From the NCBI RefSeq assembly GCF_003704095.1, contig NW_020843829.1:1178001-1242000 (forward strand): a DNA stretch of 64,000 nucleotides, in the 5' to 3' direction. The notes beneath the pieces were generated by a model. It was not told the DNA's origin and did no database searches. It saw nothing but the letters and a program-made list of their open reading frames with translations. This document shows positions 34,801-46,800 of the stretch, one piece after another. Numbering within the stretch: the first letter of the stretch is position 1; every line of letters begins with the position of its first letter. Both the position numbers and the translations under genes were made by a program. The stretch comes from Pocillopora damicornis. Its lineage: Eukaryota.

Positions 34801-37800
34801 ATTGTAAATCACAATAATTGGTTCAACCGTTGAGACTTTACCGTAGCAGACAAAGCTTTCAGGATCTGCGGTGAAGGAACACTTGTGACGTCCAGGTAAC
34901 GTGAGAGAGCTTGACGCAGCGTGGTTTGTGACGGAAGACGGTTGTAAGTTTCCCATTTCTTGGCTGTTTTTAGAATACCTAAGTAAAGAATAGCAGTAAA
35001 ATTATTACCTTCTCTCACCTGACGTTTGACCCCACCCCTCTTTGGTAATTGGTGGTGTGTTCTAAGCAGGATACTAAATTCCTTCAGAGCCTTTTCCACC
35101 CCGGAGCATGAATGGGGGCCGGCATGCTGTCAAGGAAACTGGACGAAATGCTGTTGGAAGGTTTTCGGTTAAGTATAGACGACGTGCTGACTGGTCACTG
35201 AAAATATCTCACAATTTTTTTTTTTTTTAACTGAACTAAAGTTCACCTTTGACTTCTCGTGAGGCCTCGACAACGATTGGTTTATCGGGATCGACGTCAT
35301 CTGATAGCCTGTCAATCAAAGCTTGCACCAGCTCTGGGCGATTCGCGGGAAAGATGGCCACATGATCACCTGGTTTGTACTGCAGTTCTGTGCTGTTCTC
35401 TGTTTTGAGCCGGACTGAGATGGTCGAGCGACTAAAAGAAAAAAATAGCGTTTAAGTTATAATTTGTCTGATTTTCAGCCTTTATTCAAGAAATGCCTTC
35501 TTCCTGTGTTTGTCGCTCTCAAAGAAAACTGACAACGGCAATCTTTAGGCACCTTTATAATATTTTAACCCTTTAACTCCCGTGACTGACAAAGACATAA
35601 TTTCTCCCGACTATATTTATACGATATCATGCAGACAAGTGATGAGAATAAAGAAAAATATCAATTATGATATTACTAATTGATCCGATACCAATTTCTC
35701 CAGACTAACATAATAAGAATCGTTTGGCAATCAGTAAGAAGAACTACTAATGAGAACGTGGGAGTTAACTTTAAAAGGAACAACACTGAAATCCTTTCAG
35801 TAGGTTTCAAGGAATTCTATGATATTGCACTTTTAAGCATTTTTTCAAATGTCATGACTGTCCATGTCCTTTTCCAAGAGATTAGCTAGTTGCTTTCAGA
35901 TAGTCATGCTTACGAGGGAGATCATGATTCGCAAGCTTCTTTTTTCTTTTTTTTTCTTTGTTGTTGTTGATGTTGTCAGCCCACCCTTACTCATTGGCAG
36001 CCACTTATCGAGAGCTTCGAACTCTGGTAGAATCAACTTTATTCTTGTGCAAATACTATTTACAGAGCTTATCGTTTATACACCCCTCACATCTTATGAT
36101 ACATCATCGAGGAGCACTCGCACTAGATAATTAAACTAAAGAAATCGAGCAACATGCACTTATTATGAAGATATTCGACGTGAAATTCTTCATCAGACTG
36201 TAACTGAACAAAGCATAGATCCCAATGACACCCTCTATTACAAGCCTGTTCACGACCATTTTGGGCCGAAAACTACCTCTTTAAAGTGCATATAGATCGA
36301 ATGTCGTAAATAAAAAACCTAATAACCACAACAGCCAATCAGAACGACGGCAAACACCAGTTTTAACCAATCAAAAGTCTGACGGGCGGGAAAATGATCG
36401 AAAGTTTGAATTCATGAGGGTATGGCATGAGTTTTCGGAAAAATCATAGAGCTTAGCTAAGTAATATCAAACTTGTTCCAGAGTACGATGGACCGTCGAT
36501 TGAAATTGCTCTGATACAATATAAACATTATTGCAAACTACTTATGCAGGCCTTGTTTGATAACGCAAACATTTTCGTTGGCAGTGTTGTTGTTGTTGCT
36601 TTTTTTTTCCTTTGTTTGTTTGTTTTTTTTAATCCCTTATGACATTTTAGAATCGTTTCCGCAGAACACGCATAAACATCAGCTGTTGTTGATCAGGGCT
36701 TGTTTGGGCGCAGAGTCCATCCCTTCTATCGGTGACCTGCACATCACCAGTCACATTCTGACGCGCAACTCTGCGCAGATGCACCACTTGAACCACAGGC
36801 GCAACTCTTCTATCTATGGGTTGCATTTGGTCACCAGTCACCTTCTGCTGACGTTTGGTGATCTGATTTCGCTTAACGCTCTGCTTGTTCTTTATTTTTC
36901 CAGGTTTTTCAGAAACTGACCGAGGTTCATGGCATCCACCAATCGTGTTCTTCCTGTGTGAAATTTTTGTGGATCGTTCCATGGCCGGCTCGTCCCCTTG
37001 ACGCTTGGACACCATAACTGTCACTCGCGTTCGACGAACTAAGCTCGGCCTGAGGATCTCTCCTTCAGTTTGGACTGCTGGTGATCTTTTTCTTGAACTT
37101 TGGACAATATCATTCTTACGTGACGTTAACACCGGTTTGGCTACCGCTACTCCTCTCCGCCTCTCTTTTTGTTGACCTTCAGGATGTTTGACTAAACTCT
37201 GTGTTATTTTGCAGCAATGGACCTCAACCTGTTTCTCTCTGAAAGGAAACTGATCTTGAACCAAACTACAACTAAGCTCTCTTATTCGCCGTTCATTGAT
37301 TGCAGGCAAACAAAGTGTATTCTTCTTGGGAGCTTTGGATGCACAACAATAGGCCTCCTTCTGCTCCCCCGTTACACTCTGAGACGAGGAATTCGCTGTT
37401 ACTGGCGCTTCTTCGCACTTCGTCGACAGCGCAGTACAAGAAATCGTTGGTGTCTCTTCATTCGTGAGGAGCGAAGTGTCACGGTAACAGAAAATGTCCG
37501 ATGTTTCTTGAATTTTGCTGAACGAAGTCTGTGTTGTAACCCCTTCGGGCTGCTTCAGACCGGTATCTCCTGGAGAACAGCAATGATTCCTATTTCGGAA
37601 AGCCTCACATAACTCCATCATCGTTTGAGTTTGGGTTTTTCGGCTCATGTTCTTTGAATTTTTAGGAGGCAACTAGACAATTGGTACGAGTTGGAAAGGT
37701 TGAGTGTTTTAAGTTAAATGCATTCAATTTATATTTAATTGAATGAGGTCATAAGTGGTTGGTATACGTGGAGTCAACAGAAACGACGTAAATGTGAAGC

Positions 37801-40800
37801 CCTGGGTGATCAAATTGAAATCACGGAATCGTTACCTGTTGCTTATTTTAAAAAGTTTGACACAGAAACGACGTAAATGTAAAGTGCAAATGTGAAACGT
37901 AAATGTGAAGCGCTACGTGGTCAAATTGAAGTCACGGAATCGTTACCTGTTGCTAAGTTTTGACAAATTTGACCCATTAAAACATTTTCTAAGAGCAAAT
38001 GTCGTAAATACTTAGCTTATCATATGTAAAAACCGATTACGATAGAAGATATATTTAAAAAAACTTAAAAGTCGTTTTTTTCGGGTCATAAAGTGCTCTT
38101 ATTTTATTTTAAAAGTGTCCCGTGGACTGGTAACGAATTAGCGGGTGATGACGTAGGGAAACTGAGAAACCTCTCAATCGCTCTGACGAAGGGTTACCGC
38201 CCGAAACGTCAGCCTTTAAACTCTTTACGGTGGCCAATTTGTTTTCCATGACGAAATCTATGTCAAGAATGGGTAGCTGTGATTGTTTCTGTTGCCATAA
38301 CATTTTATTCCCTCGCACTGACGAAGGTTCCCCTTGCTTAGTGCTCTCGAGTTTCGTTGCTGTGCAGTAATTCCCTTAGCAAACCAAAAGCTGACTTTTG
38401 ACGAAAGAGTCAGCTGTAACACGAGGCACGATTATTTTTCGCCGAGAATTCATCGGGCAGTTTCACTGCAAGTTGCTCCTTTCCTTAGAGATTGCAAAGG
38501 CAGAGGCTATCGTCGTCGAGCCGGTCAAACGGAAAACGAGTAAGTATATAATTATCTGATTCAAGTTAATCTCAAATAGGGGGTTAATAGAGAAAAACTT
38601 TTTTTCGTTTAAGGGCAGCATTACCATATGACCCATTTCGCTCAATGGCAAATAATTGAAATCAGTATGTAAATGAATATTTCGTATGCATCGACTTTCA
38701 CACAACCTGTGGATTCGCTATCATCTAATTCAATAAAATTTATGTTACTCTATTTATCTACCTAATTTGGAAGGCCTTACAGCTCCATCATTGTAAGGTT
38801 CAGGTTTTATTACTCATATTGTTTGACTTTTCACGACGCAAAAAGGCGGTTCTTGCAAGTCAAAAAGGTAGAGCGTCAATAAAGAAAAGACATCTTTACT
38901 CATTCACTGACCTGGATTCAGGAGACTGCAAGTTCTTCACTGATAACAACGTCGCAGATCGCACTGTCTTACCGCAAATATGAGTCAAACCTATACAGAC
39001 AAGAAGGAATCAAATAAATAATTGGATGGCAAGAAAGATGACAGAATATTCAAATATGAAATATAATAGACTTGTAATTTGATCTACTCTGTACGCAATT
39101 GCAGTCTCGTGTCCCTAGCAAGTATTTGTGCCATTTTGGTTATATAGCTAAATAAGAATCCGCGCCATTTCAAATACCTGTTAATTAAGGGAGAAGTGTC
39201 ACTTTCAAGAACCTCGTAATTTTCATTTATTTTTTAAAACGAGTTCAGTGTCACAATTGTCTAATGGTGGTGACAAATTACATTGTTTCTGAAGTTTACT
39301 TCGCCCGGCTTAACGGTGAGAGGTTAAACTAGCTAATTAATAAATTCAAAATGTCTCTGAACACATTTCTAACCTCGGACAATTTCACTGTGTCCGTCCG
39401 GTCCATCAGTTGCTTCAGTAAAAGCATGCACGGCGGTGATCATAATTGTAGCAAGCCGAAAGCGGCCTGGTACCCAGCCGCTCGGTACTGTATCTAGAGA
39501 CTGACTGGCCTCATTTGTTATTTCGTCACTGATACAGAATGAGTCACAGGCGGCCTGAGGATTCAAAGACAAATAAATTCAATAGGTCTTGGGATTTGAC
39601 ATAGGGGAAGATAAATTGATTGGGAAATGATTGCAACTGCTTTTGGTTCGTTTTGACTATCGGCATTCAATTGGAAAGCCTCAGACAGCTGTAAGGGGAA
39701 CAACACTCAACTTCCAGCTACCGTTCATATCTCAAAAATGTCCGTATTTCAGTCCTCTAGTATTTATTACTTCGATCAGTTCCAATATATTTTCACTCGT
39801 TCTGAAGAGAATAAGGCAGCTTTCAGGGTGAGTCTAACAGTTAACGGTTAAACGAGCTTGCAAACCTATAATGTTAGTAAGCTTCTCCGAACATGTTGTT
39901 CTTTACCTTAAATACGTCTTTGGCCCACATTTTGAAAGACTCCTCTTGACCACATAACTCATCCCCTTCTCCCATCTTCAACACGGGCTCTCCTCCAAGT
40001 TCCCGAATGATCTTGTCAAGCGAGCGAGCAAATGCACAGAAGTTTGGGTAGGCCCTGGAGCCCAGGCCAAACACAGAGTATCTTTAAAGTTTAAAACATA
40101 TGTATTAACCCTTGCAAGCGACACATCGTAAATAAGCGACTCCGTTCTACTGTCACATAGTATATTAAACAAACAGACGCGTCGTCAGTTATAATTTCAA
40201 TTTTTAATTAAACATGTAGGGTCTAAGTTTATGTGGAATAAAAACTCGAATTTTGGAGTTCCTTTTATACAAGTTCATTTGTACCCTCGTCACTAAATGT
40301 TTTCCGTATCTTAACTTGGTTATAGCTGTTCGAACTCTACACATTTCGTTTAGACTGGTGTCTTTAATCAGGAACTGTATCCTCCAAACGCGATGTGTCT
40401 AATATGCGATTTTAGAACAACCACTTACGTAGGAATTTCTCGTTGTGTCTCATTTTTTGGGATATTTTTTTGTTTGCTTACCTGAGGTTAGCAAGTGGTT
40501 GACTGTTGTTCATTACATCGATACGTTTTTCCTTCTCTTTTTGAACCAACAGGCTGCCGAGTTGTTTCATCATGTTGCGCGACGATCGACTTCTAAAACA
40601 CAAGAAATAGCGAGGATATAAAATCTGCATCCCCTATTTAACGATCAGATTATAAGCGAAATAACAGCAATAATAATGTTTATGATGATATTATAAAGGA
40701 TTGAAAAGAGAAGCTCGGTGTGAAAGTTTTCTAGGGACGAAATACAATTGTTGAGTAGGGATTAAACAAATGAACAAATTGAATGGGCTTCCAACCTAAT

Positions 40801-43800
40801 AAGATTTGACTTACCCATCTGGTGGGTGGCGGAGTTCGTACAAGTAACGAGCGAATTCCTGAGGAGAAAATCATGGATGCAAATTACAGCAAAAATCCGT
40901 TTCATTTGGCAATGGCTAATGGTTGATACAGTGGTCTAAAGGTTTGTATGCCGCCTAAATATAGACCGAAATTTTAAGAGTCGGTTGAGAGGGTCATGGT
41001 GTCCCTGTAAGTGGTAAAATAGGATGAATAGGCCTCACTTAGATCTCAACTCGTTAAAGATGGCAATGGGGGAGGGAATACTAATGGACACTATTCTATT
41101 CGTCACTGCTTATAGGACTGGGATTCATCAGCACCCCTATGTCTATAATGTTTGCAAAGTGTTAAAGAGTAGCACATAAATTTCGGCTCACCTCTCCGTT
41201 CTCAGGAGGGTCTCCGTTTCCAAACGTGCTAGTTACAATAAGGACAAGCTGTTCGTTTTCCATCTCAGGATTTGCATAGTCCTGCATACAAACAACCTGT
41301 AAAATACATACAGTAAAACGGTAATAAGAACTATTTCTCAAAAAGCGCTCCTTCGTCACGACAATTCAAATTCAATTCACAAATACGATTAAACCTCTAC
41401 CTCGTCAAGCAAAACAACATGAAGGCCTTGAAAGAGACTCAAGTCTCAAATTCTTCGTCGGTTTCCCTTAACCTTTATTCCCTAACATCAGTATGAATAT
41501 TCTCAACACTTTTCCGTGTACATTTCTTGAGGAGCTGACAGGGAGAATTTGATCAACAATCAAGATCTTATTTAGTCGGTGATAATTTCCTATATTCTCG
41601 TGACCTTCATGATTGATTCAAGGGGTGATAATGTAAGGAGAAATAATACGCTGGTCACTGATCTGAAGAGTCAAGGGGTTAATACATGGACCACTGTAAC
41701 ATAATTTCATAATCAAACATTCCTAACCTTCGGATCAAACGCATGAGAAAAGAGTTCTCCAAGCATCTTGGCATAACGCTCTGATTTTCCTGTTTCTGTG
41801 GCATAGAGGATAACAGCCTTCTGTCTTTTAGCCAAAGCTTTGCTAAATAATTTAGCGGAAAATTTAACAGCCCTACAAAGGAAATAAGCATAGATTTGAT
41901 TGCTAAAAACATAACTGTCTGGGCAATTTCAAGCTTTTCAACCTTCCTTTCCACCGAAGGATGACACTGAAATGCATAAATTATCTGGAATAGATCTTGA
42001 CCAGCCCATGTCAAAATAGAATGCTGATTAATTGTTCCGGAACAACACCAACGGTTCTCGAAGTTGAAAGATGAAGAGGCATAATAATAGATCTCTTGCG
42101 AAAATGCAATTACAGCGATGAGTACTCTTACCGCCATGTAATTAGTCTGAGTCTGACAAAAGAAATCACCTTTTTCTAGAGAATCAGTGCTCTTCGCTTA
42201 GATTGTTCTCAGTGGAACAGAGGCTCAAGTAACAGCTTTACCTACTTCCTCTTCCTCCTTCTCTCCTTTTTTTAGCAAAGGACTCTCTTTATTGTGCCCT
42301 TTGTGACATGAAGTACGACTTCAACATCACACGCTGTTTCACAGTACATGTTCATTAACCACACAAAAGAAGCTTCATAAGGACTTTTTCACAGACATTA
42401 ACTGAGAGCAGCAATGACCTTCCGCAAGAAAGGACCCTTAAACATTTCTTTAGCTCTTATTTCAAGAAAAGAACAGTGTACGTTTTACTCGCCTTCGCCG
42501 ACGAATACGTTTAACTTACTTCGCTACTTCTTTAAAGGAAGCTTTCTTCCGTGGAGAATCGCTAGACGTGTCTTTCTTTATCGAATAATGTTTCCAAGGA
42601 TCGTCCTAGAATTATACAACAATAATTATGATCAATGTTGAGACGCTTCTTTATCTATCTCATGAGAGTTTCTTTGAAATCATCATGGGACGGGGAAACA
42701 TTTAAAAATTAAGAAAAGTTAGAGAAAATACACTCAAACTTTTAAAACTTCTGACTGTGCGGACGCCAGACTGATCAACCTGTTTCAATCCAAACTGTAC
42801 ACTTTACATCGATAGTATCGAAGTGCGCAAAAGGAATTTCGTAATGAGATTTACCTGGTATTCGTAGCTTGGTTTTAAAGTGTAGTTTAACATTTCCTGT
42901 GGACGAAGAGAACGTCAATTAACGTCAATATTACTTATGGGATACCGTGGAATGAAATTCGGGATGCAAATCTTCAAAGCCTATGAAGGCATTGCGTACA
43001 AGAAAACTGTACTAAATTCTTATCAAGGTTGCAGTTTTTTGGGAAGGGGGGGAGAGGGGTTCAATTTCAGGTTATAAGACCCAACTCATGTTTTGGCCAA
43101 CAGTCTGGATCACTTTGCATCCTAAAGTAAAGATATCACTTCTAAGCTCTCCTGACGGGCCAAACAGTTACTCTCGAATGAACAAACCTGATGAAACACT
43201 TGCGTAGCACTGCCTGACATGGGAGGTACAATCCACACCCAGTCTCCTGGGCAGCCTCCGCGGAGTTTAACCTGTGTCAGTTTAAGTAAAATGTTATGTT
43301 ATCTACGAATTCAAGATGCTATTTTGGTCCGATAGAAGGGACCTTTAGCAGTTAGGACGGCAACGCAAAGGAAGACGTCGATTTGAAAATGAATATACAT
43401 GTTCAGTTGTAATTTTGCGAATGACTGGATGTGTTTACCATCTCTTATGACGCCGCAAGTTAACCTCAGCATCACGTATGAGAGCGGCGTTGAGTTCCAA
43501 ATGGAAACAAATAATTTACTGTCCGGGCTCTTCTCGGACCACGCAAATTTTGAAGGTTTGACGTTGCTATTTTGCAGAGGATGGCTAAGAAATGTACACA
43601 GTTTTAAAAGACACGTACTGAGCTATTGTTCTGCTCATTAGATCTTTTGTTTTGCCACGTCCTCGTTTCCGTCGCCGTCGTGGTTTGCTAAAGGTCCCTA
43701 GTATTATCTTAAAGTCAAGTCAAAGACATCTACATTATTTTGTTACAATTGACTCTCAAACTTTAACTTGTGACAGAGCCCTAAAGCTAACGGGGGGTGG

Positions 43801-46800
43801 GATGATCCTGTGATAAATGTTACCCCCTCTCTGTCTGGGAGAATTTGTAATTTATAGTAATGAATAAAGACTAGGAATTCTTTCAACTAGTATGAGGCCA
43901 GTGCCCCCCTCCCCCAGTTTGAAATCGTTAAAGTATAAATTTACCCAGGGTAACTCTGGCCCTCGATATCTTGAGTCGTTTTCTTAGCCCCCAAGTGTTC
44001 CTAACTATGGGGAACCTAGGTGTAATAAATATTTATTAACCTTTAAGTTTACAAATAAACTGACCACGAACCTCATTCTCAAGGTGCTTTAGGAAAGATT
44101 CGGAAGCGCTGTGGTGATCAGTCATTGTAACTCCTGCTTCCTAGAAAAGAAATGACGAAATTATGGTAAAAAAACTCTCGTTTAACTTCATCTGACGAGA
44201 ACATTTATACTACGAACAGCTCACGCATCTGTTACGCTGTGTAATTTTAGATCCTCTGAAATACTGCAGACATGGACATTCCTCAAATCAAAATGTATTC
44301 AAATTCGTATGATTTTCTAATGGTAACACTTATCGCTACTTGAGTGGTAACCGGCTAAAGTGGAAAGAGCTATCGTCCAGACAAACCTGAAAGCTGTGCA
44401 TTACTGCCACATTGATTTCCACCATTGCGAGATCCTTCCAGAGAGAAGCATTACTCTTGGTGTCCAGACCCATACGCTGCGCTACGGGCTTTGGAAGAGA
44501 GCAAGAAAAGACAAAATCACGATTGGAAAAACTCTTTGATGTGTGTTAAGAACAGAATAGAAATACAACTTTTGGTAGGAAAATTCAATTTGTATCACAG
44601 GTGCTATATGTACGAAATCTTTGGTGTGTCCTTATAATTATGAATAATTATAAAAAATCGTTGGTAACCTACCTCAAGCATATTGTATCGGTTTGTATCA
44701 CCGAAATCCCTCGCTCCAATCTCTGTAACCATATACCTACGAATAGATACAGACAGCGATCAGACAAAAAAAACTGTACAGCAATATTTACATTCCGGTC
44801 AACGTAAAACCGTTTCTTTTTTTTCATTACAAATTTAAGCCCCAGTTTCTTTTTCGTTCCTTTTTTTGTGTTTGCTTTAGAATTACCGTTCTAGTATTTT
44901 GCGATGCTTACCAGCCATTAAAGGGACATGCAGGTATTTCTACTCCTCCGACATCAAGGCAAAGACAAGAGACTGCGGGCAATGCATACCATTTCAATCC
45001 CAGCTCTTCAAACCACGGATACCTAAACACAGACAATGATATTGTTGGGAGAAGTTTCAAATTGATCACGTCTGGGTCAGACAGAAAACAAAATTTATTT
45101 TAAGTTTTTGGACCACTGAGGATGACAGCGAATGAAGACACTAAAAAATCAAGACAGAACTGTAGTTTGCTTCGGAACGCCGTTTCTATTTTGGCAAGTT
45201 TCCTTAGGCGAGTATTCTTAACCAGAAAAAAAAATGGCTCGCCAAATAACTTTGAAGAAAAATATACGTCGAGTAAATCATGTAGGAAAAGAATTTCCCT
45301 CAACCCCTTCAGAGTTTTCCGCTGCAAGTGTCTTGTCGTGTATACTGACAAATTTTGTCTAATATTCCTTAACAAGTCTCCTCGATTGTTAAAAAAATGT
45401 CGTGTCGTTTACCAGTATCAAGAAAAATACATCGTTTATTACCTAAGTAGTAAGAAATGTAAGATTCCTTGGCAATTTATCGTGACATTGGAAGTTTATT
45501 CCTTAGAGATAGAAAATCTTCCTGCCTCCCTTGTAATATAGAGAAATAGCATTTATGAGAAATATCTGCCATTATACTCGATCATGTCTCAAGACTTACT
45601 TTGGGTGCTTTATTTCTACTTCAAGTACGATTTCAGGCGGAATCTCGAACATTTCGGGTTCTCCACCGTTGGCTTGAAGAATCAAAGGCAAAACATCAAA
45701 AGGACCTCCCTTTCCTTCCCAACCAAGAGACTGACAAATCTATTAAAAAAATATATTATCTTAAAAACAAAACACAAGTAGCTATAACCGCCAACGTAAA
45801 CCGACAAGCACAGAAAACGCAAGACTCAACTTTGCTCGAAAGAGCAAAACCCAAACTAGTTCTGCATTTCCTGGAACTGACTCAAGTTTTCGGAGCCAGA
45901 CGCATTCGAAGGCGGGCAATAAATGCAAGGCTGATTCAAATCCTTTTTTACCTCAGTGAACTCAATGTTTGAAGGATCTCCGATGCACGAACCGTCCGGT
46001 TTTTTATATCCAGCATAACGAATCAGCTGTGTATTCCACACGCGGAAGTCTTTAAAAGCAGTCTTCCTTTGAGGAAATACAGTTATCGTGGACCTTAGAT
46101 CAAGAGATACAAGGGGAAAAAAAAGAAAATTTAAAATTATTTGTTAATGTTACCGATTGGTCTTCCAAAATAAATATTTCAAATTTCCTTATCAGTTTTA
46201 CAGGTACCCATCTATATTCCCGGGTGGAGAGAAGCACAACCAAAAGAAGGACAATACAATGACTCCGCAAGGACTCGAAACTGGCCTAGGTTTCTCGATC
46301 CAGGCCTGCTGTTCAAAGGGGGAATGGCGCTATCCAGTGGATAAATCGCTATCAAACGGATAAGTGTCGACAAAACGTGCTGCGCTATCTAACGGATAGA
46401 GATTTATCCAGTGGCGTTATCCAACCTTCGAACAACCGGGCCCTGGATTCCAGCGCGCTTACTGCCACGCTTTTCGTTGCAGGAACGAGCTGCGGTAAAA
46501 TTAGAAATAGTTCATGATAATGGAGGCTGGATAAAGATCAACATCTATAGATTTATTAATTTCTGTCTAAGAGAAAGGAGAAACCACAGATCACCGCTTG
46601 TTGACTCGAACTGGCAAGCAAGTCAGTTCCCCTGCTCTGCAGGTAGGGCGCAAAATAACTCGCTCTCTTTAATTAATAATAATATGACGGTCTGGTGGCA
46701 AGCTTATGCGTGCGGTTGTGTACGCTCTGGATATAGGTGAATAGGCGAAAGACAGGTTATGTACCTATATATTCCTCAATATTTTTACCGAAAATTATAA

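Noticed and set aside
37217-37612. 131-aa plus-strand ORF opposite the nested ORF
   Set aside because: Most simply an antisense shadow of the longer minus-strand frame.
38316-38360. Second CTGACGAAGG hammerhead-like start
   Set aside because: No GAAA core or stem II closure follows.
41679-42137. 152-aa minus-strand ORF
   Set aside because: Overlaps NOS exon 41872-41728 in the wrong frame plus intron; no homology cues.
45100-45972. Several 90-140-aa ORFs
   Set aside because: Intronic or antisense to NOS exons, with AT-rich random composition.
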